DNA of 64,000 nucleotides. Origin: Stegostoma tigrinum (lineage: Eukaryota). This document shows, one piece after another, positions 50,027 through 64,000 of this stretch (position 1 is the first letter of the stretch; each line of letters opens with the position of its first letter). The notes beneath the pieces are model-generated. The model had not been told where the DNA came from. It was given only the letters and a program-made list of their open reading frames with translations, and did not search any database. The stretch lies in assembly GCF_030684315.1 (NCBI RefSeq), contig NC_081391.1, positions 20,296,629 to 20,360,628 on the forward strand. The letters run 5' to 3'. The translations under genes and the position numbers were made by a program.

Positions 50027-52557
50027 ACAGTTTTGAAATGGCAGCAAATCTGTGATTGCTCCCAGGAGCTGAAGGAAGCCTGAAGGTGACTGGGGGCCAA
50101 AAGCAATGTGTTGACTTTTATCTTGCTTCTGGAATGGGGTCAGGCCACTCGGCCTAACAGCAATTATGAATGGATATCAGTGGTTGGCATCATTAGCAAC
50201 AGCCATATTCTGTGAAATGACTGAAACAAAACTCACTCCAGGGCCAAAATCAGAGTAATATACTCCACATATAGTGTATTCTGTACTGTGTACAATATTG
50301 ACATAGCCTGTACATTCTAGTCCTCTCCCTCCATCGAGATGATGACTAAACTGCTGTGAGCCTTTTCAGTTCAATTTTGCTGCAGACTGTGAGTTTTTAA
50401 GTCATTTCTACACATGGTTTCCTAACTCTGTGCTTTTCTTCAGTTCCTAGCTCTGTTGCTTTGAAAAAACTCTCATTTATCTTGGTGCAAGTTTGCTTTT
50501 CCTCACATGTTATTGATGTTGTTGATAATATTCTGCCTGTTTATGGTACTATCGTGCCAACTAATAGAATGCCATCAGGAAGCGTGAGAGAGATCTCTAT
50601 TCTTTTGTCAATGTCACATGGAAATATATGGACGTCAGAGGACCCTGTGGGGAAGAGACAGAAACATCGAAACCTAGAACACAAGGCAGGCGGAGGCCAT
50701 TCAGCCGTTTGAGCCTGCTCCACCATTCTATATGATCATGGCTGATCCCAGTGTTCCTGCTTTCCCTCCATATCGTTCGATCCCTTTAGCCCGAAGCCCT
50801 AGATCCAACAATTTGAAATCAATGCTTTGGTCTCAACTGTGTTCTGTGGTTGCAGATTCCAGAGGCTCTCCCACTGTCTTGGTGAAGAAATGTAATAGCC
50901 CATCCATGACACCAGGTTACACACAAATTGCCGATCGACAGTCAGATACCGACCTGTTTTGGAGAGTCCACAGTCAGTGTGTATCAGTTTGCTGTTTGGG
51001 ATGATAAGTATTTTGACTAAGTAACACATGCATTTCTGCATTGACTGGAGATTAATGAAGCTTAGGGCTTGACGAGTAAAGTTGCCAGCAGCAAGGAATC
51101 AGATGTCGCCCTGGTCAAAGATGTTTCACAGTTAGTGTCTGCGAAATGATTAGAACTTTTGGCAATCCTGGTGGGTTGATGCCAATCTTATATGTAAACA
51201 CCTGACTTACACACTGTCCCCCACGCCCTTGCAGAGTGAGCCTGAAGCAGATTTGTCCCAGACCCTGAATGCGGTAACAAGGTCCTTCCTGATCTGTTAC
51301 TACTTAACATTGCAGCTGACAGAGACAGATGGGGATCAAGAGCAGAGGAAACATTCAACTGTGTTCTGAAGCGTCACCGTACTTGAAATGCTTACTCGGT
51401 GTCTCTCTCTCTCTCTCTATGGATGCTAGCGGACTAGCTGAGTTTCTCCTATAATCTGTTTTGTCTCCAGGTTGTCAACATCCACAAATCTTCAGTCCCA
51501 CTTGCAACGCTTGGAAATGCCCGACAGATCCGAACAAAGACTGTAGTCACAAGCTAATGACATTATCATTAAATGGTGAATGCAGAAAGTCACCTATGAA
51601 TTATACTGCAACTTTGCATTCATTTCAGCTACTTTGGAACTAGTTTAACGATGACCACAAAGCTGTTGTTGGAGAAAGCCCACCTTATCGACTCATGTCC
51701 TTGACCGATAGAGTGAGGATATGGAGTTAGGCCAGTAAAAGGAAGCAGCTTGTATTCTACAAGAGAAACCCAGTACAAGAGAAACCTGGGTCCCCTCAGG
51801 CATGAATTGAGCAAAGCTCCGATTGAGATATTAAGCATTTCCCTTTGCTTTTATGACCAAAGGATCAGAGTGTGGAGGCTGATACAGCGGCAAGAGTATC
51901 GCACACTGTGCCCCTAAGAATAACGTAATCCAAACTCTCCTGAGAGTAAGCTGGAATTTTTTAAAATGAAAAAAAGGCACTCTTTCATCTCCCTCATTTA
52001 AACTCTTACTTGCTAAGGTTTCAGAAGGATGCGCGCAGCTCTGATTGTGGACAAGACATGCAAGCAGATTGTCCAGTTAGAGCCTTGTGGCTCAAGTTAA
52101 GGGAGACACTAGCCAGTTTATGGCAAAGGAGAGGTTTAACCTCCGGCACAGGTCATGCACTAGCATTCGTTAGACTGGAATGCAGTGGCTACTGAATGAA
52201 AAGAAAGCTGAACCAATTAAAGGAAGAGACAGATGTGCAGTCAGGTTTTCAGGAGCTGAGAAAAAGGCAGATGCACTAGTGGTGTGGAAGGAAAACCTGC
52301 AGGATTGTATTAAATGGCAGACAGGAGTCAAGGAAGCTGATGGCCTACATTCAGACCCCTGCCTTGTTCTTCACTGTAGCCACATCACAGGGGAGGAGGG
52401 GGGGGGAAAAAGGTAAATGTTTGATGATCAGTCTAGGAATTAGTTGCACAGGAGAACGTAGTTGAGTGAATATTTTATTTCCACATGCAGCAATAGAGAA
52501 ACCGATACAAATAATTCTGCTTTCATGTACAATAGTGAAGCAATTCCAAACTGCCAC

Positions 52558-54691
<2,134 letters not shown>

Positions 54692-54758
54692 CTTCACTAT
54701 TCCTGCTCACTATCACCAAGAAAACTCTAGCACTAAGCCTTTGTACCACAATCTCTGG

Positions 54759-54885
54759 TATTTATACTCCTGGGACATTCTACGCTCAACGAGGGAATGA
54801 CATCACCAATGATGACTGACATTCCCTGAAAGCCAATTAGGAATCTCCCATGAATTTCGTCCCCCTCTGCCCTCCCACCAATTAG
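54759..54885 (-). promoter_or_regulatory. Ferritin B2 core promoter
   Basis: TATAAATA at 54766-54759, TGACATCA and CCAAT boxes. Confidence 0.65.
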
Positions 54886-56076
54886 AGAGAGGGTGTGGGT
54901 GTATGAGGCAGAGCTGATCAGAGGTGCAGATTGTTGTCAAGTCTGGATGGTTATTCTGTGATTGGATCAGCAGTCGGTCATTTAGAATCTCCAATCTGCT
55001 GGAACTCTCTATCGGGTCATGGTTAGTTTGAACAAAAAACTAGATTTGGATTTGGAAAGCTTTTCTTTTTAAACTGAGCTTGTTGTGACCAACTGCGAGA
55101 GGTGCTCAATGAAGGAGAATCAGTTTCTGCTGGGATATTGGAGAGAAAGGTAGGAGATTGGTGGTAGTTCCTAGAAATTTGTAACAGAAACAAACAGGAC
55201 AAAGACAGGAAGGATGTTTCTGATGACCAATGCGCCCAGAACCAAGGGTCACTGTCTAAGGATATAGAGTAGACTGTTTGGGATTGAGTTGAGGAGAAAT
55301 GTCTTCAGCCAGACAGTGGGGAGTCTGTTGTATTCTGTGGGAAGGAAACAGTTGAGGCCAAAAGACTGAAGGTTTTGAAGAGTTAGATGTAGCTGATAGG
55401 GCTATGGGGATCAAAGGGTATGGAGAGAGAGTGTGAAGATGGTACTGAGTTAAGGGATTACCCATGATCATATGGGATGCCAGAGCAGGCTGGAAAGGCT
55501 GTATCAAAATGGTTCATAATTTTGAACATTTCAATCAGGTCATCTTTTAATCTTCTCTGCTCCAAGGAGATAAGGCCAATTTTTAAAATCTTTCCTGGTA
55601 TCATTCCAGCAAATCTCCTTTGCACCGTGGCCAGGGCTTTAATGCCCTCCCTTAGAAACAGTGCCCAGAATTGAACACAATACTCTAATGTGGTCTGACC
55701 AATGGTGTGTAGTGGTGTAGCGTTACTTCTTTGCTTTTATACTCTCGGGCTCTCCTTAAAAACACAAGGTTTCTATAAGCCTTCTTCATGACTGTTTCAT
55801 CTTGCCTGGCCACCTTCAGGGAATTGTAGTTTTAAATCCTGAGGGCTCTCTGCTCCTGTACTCACCTTGATGTTGTTCCATTGAACCTGTATTATCTCTT
55901 CATGTCTCCATGTTTCTTCGACCAAAATGCATTTCTTGCATTTTTTTGTGTTGAAATTATAAAGTGATTGCCAACATCAAATCTTACCCAATAAAAATCA
56001 AATGATCCTAATTCTGAAGTCTTCAACTGACCTCCCCCCGCCCCCCCCGCCCCGCCTGTGTTTGTGTGTCCACTAT

Positions 56077-57160
56077 ATGATGCAAAGAGTAGTGATAAAC
56101 GGGTCCCCTTCGGAATGGCAGGCAGTGACCAGTGGGGTACCACAAGGTTCGGTGCTGGGACCACAGCTGTTTACGATATATATTAATGATATAGACGAAG
56201 GCATTGAAAGTAGTATTAGCAAATTTGCTGATGACACAAAGTTGGGTGGCAGTGTGAAATGTGAGGAGGATGTTATGAGAACACAGGGTGACTTGAACAG
56301 ACGAGGTGAGTGGACGGATGCATAGCAGACGCAGTTTAATGTGGATAAATGTGTGGTTATACACTTTGGTGGCAGGAACAGGAAGGCAGATTACTATCTC
56401 AATGGAGTCAAGTTAGGTAAAGGGCAAGTACAACGAGATCTAGGTGTTCTTGTACATCAGTCAATGAAAGCAAGCATGCAGGTACAGCAGGCAGTGAAGA
56501 AAGCTAATAGCATGCTGGCCTTCATAACAAGTGGAATTGAGTATAGGAGCAAAGAGGTCTTTTTGCAGCTGTACAGGGCCCTGGTGAGACCGCACCTGGA
56601 GTATTGTGTGCAGTTTTGGTCTCCAAATTTGAGGAAGGATGTTCTTGCTATTGAGGGAGTGCAGCGTAGGTTCACAAGGGCAATTCCCAGAATGGCGGGA
56701 CTATCATATGTTAAAAGATTGGAGCGACTGGGCTTGTATACACTTGAGTTTAGAAGGCTGAGAGGGGATCTGATTGAGGCAGATAAGATTATTAAGGGAT
56801 TGGACACTCTGGAGGCAGGAAGCATGTTTCCGCTGATGGGTGAGTCCAGAACCAGAGGACACAGTTTAAACATAAGGGGTAGGCCATTTAGAACAGAGTT
56901 GAGGAAAAATGTCTTCACCCAGAGAGTGGTGGATATATGGAATGCTCTTCCCCAGGAGGCAGTGGAGGCCAACTCTCTGGATACTTTCAAGAAAGAGATG
57001 GATAGAGCTCTTAAAGGTAGTGGGATCAAGGGATATGGGGATAAGGCTGGAACAGGATACTGATTGTGGATGATCAGCCATGATCGTAATGAATGGTGGT
57101 GCTGGCTCGAAGGGCCGAATGGCCTACTCCAGCACCTATTGTCTATTGTCTACTGTCTGT
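56077..57160 (+). mobile_element. CR1-clade LINE (duplicate of 12286-13369)
   Basis: ORFs 56002-56325 and 56341-57063 encode RT and C-terminal domain fragments; same junctions. Confidence 0.95.
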
Positions 57161-58319
57161 CCCTTCTGTGAAGAGGCTGTTTCTGACTTTATCCTGGACA
57201 GTTTAGCTCTAATTTGAAGATTCTATTTCCATTCCAGACCCTACGTCCTAGATGACCCATTGAGACGAAACAATTCCTCTCAATCTACCCTGTCAAATCC
57301 ACTAATGCTCTTAAAACTTCCAATTACCGCCGTCTCTTAACCTTCCATACTGAGGATCTTCAGCAAGCAGTCATCATCATTTAACCAGCTCGTTATCTCT
57401 GAGTTGATTCTGGAAATTCTCTGCTGCACCATCTTTAGGCCCAACCTGCCGAAAATGAGATCTCCAGAGGTGGTTGAACCAGAACTTGACAATTTCATAA
57501 AGAACCTCCACCCAGAGGTGTTCAAATCCCTTTTGAGATCAGGACTGACATTGAATTAATTTCTTTGTTCAGTGTTTTTATATCTCGTCTCTAGTTTCAA
57601 TACATTTCTGTCCACTTGTCTCAGTTTCATTTTGACCATTAGCTTTGACAACCCAGCAGAAGATGTCCCCATTTCTAAAACACTCTGACTCATCTTTCTT
57701 GGTCAGAAGTGGATAACTTCACACTTCCCCTTATTGAACTGTATCAGCCAGTCTTCCCAACTCCATGGAAGTTTGAAACATTCTACTGTCATGTTCAAGT
57801 GCCACTTGATGTAATGCCATCAGCAAATATTTGAATTGTGGCAGTCCATTTCTTCATCTGTAGCATTTATAATCCAAGGAAAAGTTAAGGCCCCAGTTTC
57901 CCTCCTTGGGGAAAGTAATCTCATCTTGCTTTTTCTTTTATTACCTCATGGGATGAAGGTTTTGTTGGCTGGCCCAGCATTTATTGCACTTCCCTCATTA
58001 TTATTGTCTTCTTGAATTGCTGTTGTCCATTTGGTGCAGGGAGATCCATAATGCCATTTTGGACAGAATTCCAGGATTCAGATGGTATGACTGTAGATTG
58101 AGTTTTGCCTCATGAGCTTCATTGAGTATTTTGAAGAAGTGATGAAGAGCAATGATGAGGGCAGAGTGGTGGGCGTGATCTCCATGGACTGCAATGAAGC
58201 GTTTGACAATGTTGCTCATAGTAAGCTGTTTAGCAAAGTGAGATCACATGGAATCCAGGGAGAATTATCCATTTGGATACAGAAATGGCTCAAAGGTGGA
58301 AGGCACAGGGTGCCGGCAG

Positions 58320-59050
58320 AGGCAACAAAGTGTGGAGCTGGAGGAACACAGCAGGCCAGGCAGCATCAGAGGAGCAGGAAAGCTGATGTTTCGGGTTGAG
58401 ACCCTTCAGAAATCGCGAGGGGGTGGGGGAGGGGAAGCTCTGAAATAAAGAGGAAGGGTGGGACTGGGAAGGTAGGTGGGATGGTGATGGGTAAGTACAG
58501 GTAGGGAGTGGTCAGTGAGGTGGGAGAGAAGATGAACATGAACAGGTCAAGGAGGTGGGGATTGGTCATGGGATGAGGAGATGTTGAAGTTAATAAGGCT
58601 CACATTTAGTGTCTTGGGCTGTAAGCTCCCAAGGCAGAATGAGGTGCTACTCCTCCAGTTTGAGGATGACATTGGCGTGATACTGGAGGATACCCAAGAT
58701 GGACAGGTCAGCCATGGAGTGGGAGGCGGGGGGGATGGTAAAACGTTTTGTGATTGGAAAATGTTGTTTTTCGTTGCACATTGAGCGCAGATGCTCTCGA
58801 AAAACTGTTTCCCTCATCTAGCGGCGGCCACATCGGGTGCAGCCGATACAATAGACCAACTTCAAACATGTGCAGGTTATCCCCGTCTGATGTTGAAGGT
58901 TTGTTTGTTTTTTTATTTTGAATGGAGACACGGCGGGGGTGGGGGTTGCGGGTGGTGGTGCTAAGGTGTAGCTTTTCCGACAGTTGAAGGGAACAGGGCT
59001 GGGGTTAATGGGGAGTTCAGAGTGGATGAGGGAGTGGCAAGGATACAGGT
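58320..59050 (-). mobile_element. Older Penelope-like fragment (duplicate)
   Basis: TCTCLKLVYCIGCTRCG; homologous to 14528-15260. Confidence 0.65.
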
Positions 59051-59399
59051 GTAGCGGTACTGGGGTCCCCATAGTGAGAGGGGCCATGGGTGCCCTTACA
59101 AGCCTAAGCTATGCCTGCTTCTGTCAGATATGTGGAACAGTCCCTCTTGTGCTGCCAGACTGGCACTATCCCCTACCTCTTCCTTACTCATAGATTGACA
59201 GTAAATAGCCAGCGACATTGCTGTGTGGGTGGTGAGTCAGCTGTCGGCCAACTGCAAACCTTCCCTGAAAGGGTTAGAAAAGTTTAGAACTGCTGAGTGT
59301 TGGCCTTTCAGCAAATTAAGCGAAATGTCTCTTCTCTCTTCCACTCTTTCCCCCTCCTTTCTATCTCCTCTCTCCCTGCCTCCACCCCCTGCCCAAAGC

Positions 59400-59465
59400 C
59401 TGGATGCAATGCAGGGAACTCTGCAGAGAGAGAAGAAGGTGAACCAGAGTCTACAGGATCTCCAT
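59400..59465 (+). pseudogene. Inverted ferritin exon-3 fragment
   Basis: Reads LDAMQGTLQREKKVNQSLQDLH; duplicate of 15605-15670. Confidence 0.8.
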
Positions 59466-60356
59466 GTCTGCAAATGTAGCTTTAATTGCACCTGCTGTCC
59501 TCAGCAGTTGATTGCTGGAGCAAGAACAGGAACTATGCCACATTTGTCCCACAAGCTACAAGGTGGGCATTGAGGATAGGAGACACTGTTACAGGAGAGA
59601 GCAGATTCCTCACTCAGTCTCCTACAGTGGAGACTTGTTAGAAAATCCAATTCCTTAGCTTGGGAAACTAGAACAGTGGTGTATTGCTTGTTCAAAGAAG
59701 CATGGAAAAACATGTAATGCACATGCCAGATGCTATTGCTGTTCCTTTTTTATTAAAAAAGTATTTTTTTAATGCTTGGATTCTGCTAACCAAGTTAAGT
59801 GAAGGTTACTAGCAAAACTGAGGTCCGGCAGCACCTGTGGGTAGACTTCAGTTGAGGAGTCATCAGACTCAAACATTAACCGGTGGATGAACAAATGCAG
59901 AGTTGCACCTGCCCCACTGACTCTAGCAGTTTGTATTGTGTTTGATCCCAGCTTTTAGGAAAGTTGGAGCATTGCTAGGGACAGGGCACCAGTTAAGTGA
60001 CTAACAGTTAGAATGGAGCAATTTTGGCGAAGCTATTGACTGGAGCCTGCTCTAACAGAACTATCACCGTGAGCACTGCTTAAAAGCCAAAAGCTTAACA
60101 GTTTGATTTCCACAACAATTACTCATTTAAAAAATTCTGATGACTCAGGACTCAGAAACTGAACAAAAATTGCCAGAGCAAGCATTGATTCAACGCAGAG
60201 AGCAAAAAGCCAAAGCGATTTAATAATCAGGTAAAAAGCAGCCAAATAAGTGTAGTCAGATACATGGGCAATGTTTTCATTTTGTGCAGAGTGTGCAAAA
60301 AAAAAGTCATGCACTCGAACACCAGTGTACAACAAATGGAGTTGTTGAATCCCCAT

Positions 60357-62114
60357 TCAGCTCAGGGTGAGCCTGTCAAACAGATACTCTCCTTTGCCCT
60401 TCTGAGGGGCTCCCAGTCTCTTCAGGTTGGTGATGTGATCTCCCAGCTTCTTGATCATCTTCACTTGCTCATCCAAGTAGTGCCTCTCCAGGAAGTCATA
60501 GCTGGAAGAACAGACAAGTTAGTTGAGTCCATTGAAGACATTTGGAAGTGACCCTCAATTCAGATTTAACAAATCACCGCCATGTTGAGGGAGAGAGGCA
60601 CTCTGGTGATGTGTTTGGACTGTTGTAGATTTGACAGTCTGCAGGAGGCAGTTATGAGACATTTGTATTCCCCCTCCCCCCAGGAGTAGACAAACAGATC
60701 ACTTTCAGGTTGGAAACATTCATCTTTCCTGTAATTTGAAAATCATCCTGGTAGTTTGTTGCTCTAAAGGCCATCAGCCCTACATGCTGAATTTAGCAGT
60801 GAAAGGCCAGGAAGCTTCTTGGAGAGAAAGTGAGGAACTCACATGAGGGTCTGTGTGGCCAGAGGAGAGATTGTGCAGATCCAGCAGACTCTGGTTCACA
60901 TCCTTCTCCTTCTGCAGATCTCCCTGCATTGCCTCCAGGCCATTGCCATGGTCAGTCTTCTGAGGCGGCAGCGTGGGGGTGGATAGTAACAGACGAGACA
61001 CATCACTTAAAATGCAAGAAACCAGTGAAAAAAGCAACAAGACCTCCATCTCATTAGGAGAGTGTACAACAGCTAAGAGATTATATCCAAAGCATTAAAA
61101 TGCTATAATATTCAGAGCTTAAAACAGCCTTCTTCAGGACAAAATGACATTTCATTAAACCCAATCTTCATGTCCTACAAGAGGAGCATGCACCCACATT
61201 CTGGAATGGCATCAGTTTCTCAGCTGTTCCCATTCCTTCAAGGAACAGTGCCATGAGAACTCAAAGTGACACAGGACAACATCTTCCCAGTCAAAAGTGA
61301 AAGGATTGTAAACAGGGAAACCCATTGGGGTTTGTTGTTAAAGATCCTTCTCTACTTGAAATGCTTCTTCAGTCAGGCCTGCAGGTTCTGGAAGGGAAAG
61401 CCTCCCTTGTAAATCACAACAAAAACAACACCATAATAGATTGAGGTGTAGTTTCTTGCCTTGTGAAGCAGGAGGGAAGGGAGGGATCATCTTCCTACAA
61501 GTTGGGTCTTGAATATTTCATACTTGACACCAAATATTAAGCATTAAAATGAAGCCTCATCATTCCAAAAGGCCATATGGGTAGGGAAAATGGCTCAGCT
61601 TCAGCAAGGAAACCTTCCAACACAGAACAGGATTCTCAGCTCTGGAGTGAACTCGCAGAGTTTATTAGTAAAGTATTGACAGCAGATAGAACTCAGGATT
61701 GTGATAGTGTTCGTCCCTCTGGGATGGAGGTCCAGGGTCGCATACGCTCTAGAGGTCAGACATATTATCTCCAGACTGATTAACACTATTCAATAGAATA
61801 ATTCCAATTACATTGTACAGAAAAACACCCACAGACTTCCAAGGTCATTCATCAAGATCAAACCATTAAAAGATTATTCACTTCTCAAGGTCAGGGATAG
61901 GCCACAGAAGATTCTAAAATATGAATTGAATGATGCAGAGAGATCCTACACCCACAATACATTGAGGCCACAGCTTTAAATCTGAAATAAATCCAGAGAA
62001 CACCATTATCACCATGGAGAGATAAACATAGGAAAAAGAAAGCACCAGGTTGATCTGCTTGTTAACAACACCCACACAGGCCTTGTGTTGGATCTGCCAC
62101 ACTTGGGAGGGCAT
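60357..62114 (-). pseudogene. Ferritin pseudogene, copy C2
   Basis: Exon 1 at 62114-62013, degenerate exon 2 (~61305-61166) with AT donor, exon 3 at 60959-60843 (117 nt) and exon 4 at 60501-60357 (145 nt, frameshift). Confidence 0.9.
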
Positions 62115-63610
62115 CTTCACTATTGCTGCTCACAATCACTTGAACAACTCTAGAACTAAGTCTCCCTACCACAAGCTCTTGTATTTATACTCCTGGAAAA
62201 CATCCTTCACCCAACCAGGAAATGTCATCACTAACAATGATTGGTTGTCAGAGATTGTCAATCAGGAATCTGCAAGAACCCAGGCACCAATGAACAAGGA
62301 GAGGGGGTGTGGGGCAATGTGCTGAGACCCAGAGTCAACCAGAGATTTGGGCAACAGTCAGGTTGAGATTATTATTCTGTGATAATGAGAGCACTTAGCC
62401 TCTCAAGCCTGTTCCCCCATTCAACTGGATCAGTGCGAGTCTGTCTTTTCTTTGAATATCTTTGCCTGGGTTCTGCATCGCGTCATATTCTGAACTAACA
62501 TAGCTCACCAAATCAGTTTTGAAATGTCCAAGGGGCTTGCAGAATGTTGGGAGTGATAATGTTATGTTTGAGATTAAGCATCATCACTGCTTACCATAGC
62601 TTTGATCTGAAGATTATTCCCCCTTTTCCAGGATTATTTCGCCACAGGAAACAGTACATTGTCTAACGGCATGATTAGATCCATTAGGAATCCAAAGTAC
62701 CTGGATAATGTTCGTTCTTGAGTCTTCCACAATCTTTCAAGGACAAGGCTAGTTGATGTAAACTGTATTCATAATGTAACCAGCTTGGGGCTGAGAAAAT
62801 GCTGGTGAATCTGTGCTAAGGTTCCTCAAATAACCCTGTCAGAGCTCAGCACAGCGCTCCAAATGTGCTCTGATGCCACTTCTATGCTGTTGTATTACAA
62901 CACATGCTGTTTTGTTGTCCAGCCGGCTTGGGGGAAAGTGAGCACGTTCTGGCCTTTTTAATTCGGCTTTCATATCTGCCCACTGCCACACGGTTATTAC
63001 GGTGCTGATGGCGACCATTCAGCCCATCGTATCCACCACCAACTCGCTGAGCGTTTCACCTCTTGCCATTCTCCTGCACTGTCCCTGTAATCTCCATGTT
63101 ATTCCCTTCCAGATATCAGTCCTATTCCCTTTTGAATGCGTGAATTGAACCTGCCTCCAACACACTCTCGGACTATACATTTCACACCCTATCCACTCGC
63201 TGTGTTGGAAGGTTTTTATTTTTGCAGATCACTTCAGCTTCTTTTGCCAATTTTAAACCTGTGCCTTCTTGCTCCTGACCCTTTCACAAATGGGAACATC
63301 ATGCCACTGTTTGTTCTTTCTGGATCCGTATTTGCGCCGTTTGCTTTCCAGAGAGACAAGTCCCAGCCTATCCAATATATCCTCACACCTGAAATTCCTC
63401 ATTCCTGGAGCCATTCCAGGAAGCCTCCTCTGCACTCTCTCCAGTACGTCCACTCTTTCCTTCAGTGTGATGTGCAGAACGAGACACAGTATTCCTGTTG
63501 GAGTCAAACTTAAGCAGGTTCAGCATAATCACCTTGCTCTTGTACACTTGCCCCTACTAATAAAGCTCAGGGCACTGCGAGCTTTGTAAACGATTCTCTT
63601 AAACAGACCT

Positions 63611-64000
63611 CAGAGATAATGGGAACTGCAGGTGCTAGAGAATCTGAGATAACAAAGCGTTGAGCTGGATGAACACAGCAGGCCGAGCAGCATCTTAGGA
63701 GCACAAAAGATGACGTTTTGGGCCTAGACCCTTCATCAGAAAAGGGGGATGGGGAGGGAACTCTGAAATAAATAGGGAGAGGGGTAGGCGGACTGAAGAA
63801 GAATAGAGGAGAAGGTAGGTGGAGAGGAGAGTATGGGTGGGGAGGTAGGGAGGGGATAGGTCAGTCCGGGGAGGACGGACAGGTCAAAGGGGCCGGGTGA
63901 GGTTAAGAGGTAGGAAATTGAGGTGTGGCTTGAGGTAGCAGGAGGGTCTAGGTGAGAGGAAGAACAGGTTAGGGAGGCTGGGATGAGCTGGGCTGGTTTT
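63611..64000 (-). mobile_element. Penelope-like retroelement 3' end (cut by window edge)
   Basis: Same terminus (cagagataatgggaactgcag) and purine-rich tract as at 19844. Confidence 0.85.

Noticed and set aside
56457-57029. 190-aa minus-strand ORF (also 12666-13181)
   Set aside because: Antisense shadow of CR1 ORF2.

Overview
Eukaryotic genomic DNA, most likely from a shark (inferred from HE1-like and Deu-type SINEs, CR1 LINEs and Penelope-like elements). The window is a tandem array of four-exon ferritin genes, all on the minus strand. Six copies have intact 173-aa ORFs: 3795-6028, 8773-10900, 22930-26042, 30082-32235, 47584-49827 and 52558-54691. Four are pseudogenes or remnants: 16563-18347, 36256-38453 (exon 1 deleted), 42954-43098 (exon 4 only) and 60357-62114. 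There are also three inverted exon-3 scraps. The array is built from a ~43.8-kb higher-order tandem unit (1-~20200 recurs at 43794-64000) containing older internal duplications and patchwork recombination/conversion tracts. The proteins keep the H-type ferroxidase ligands but have an L/M-like C-terminal half. Every copy has a TATA box only ~70 nt above the ATG and no recognisable 5' iron-responsive element. Penelope-like retroelement ends carry minimal hammerhead-ribozyme motifs. No prokaryotic features, CRISPR arrays, rRNA or true tRNA genes were seen. All comparisons were made by eye, without alignment tools.
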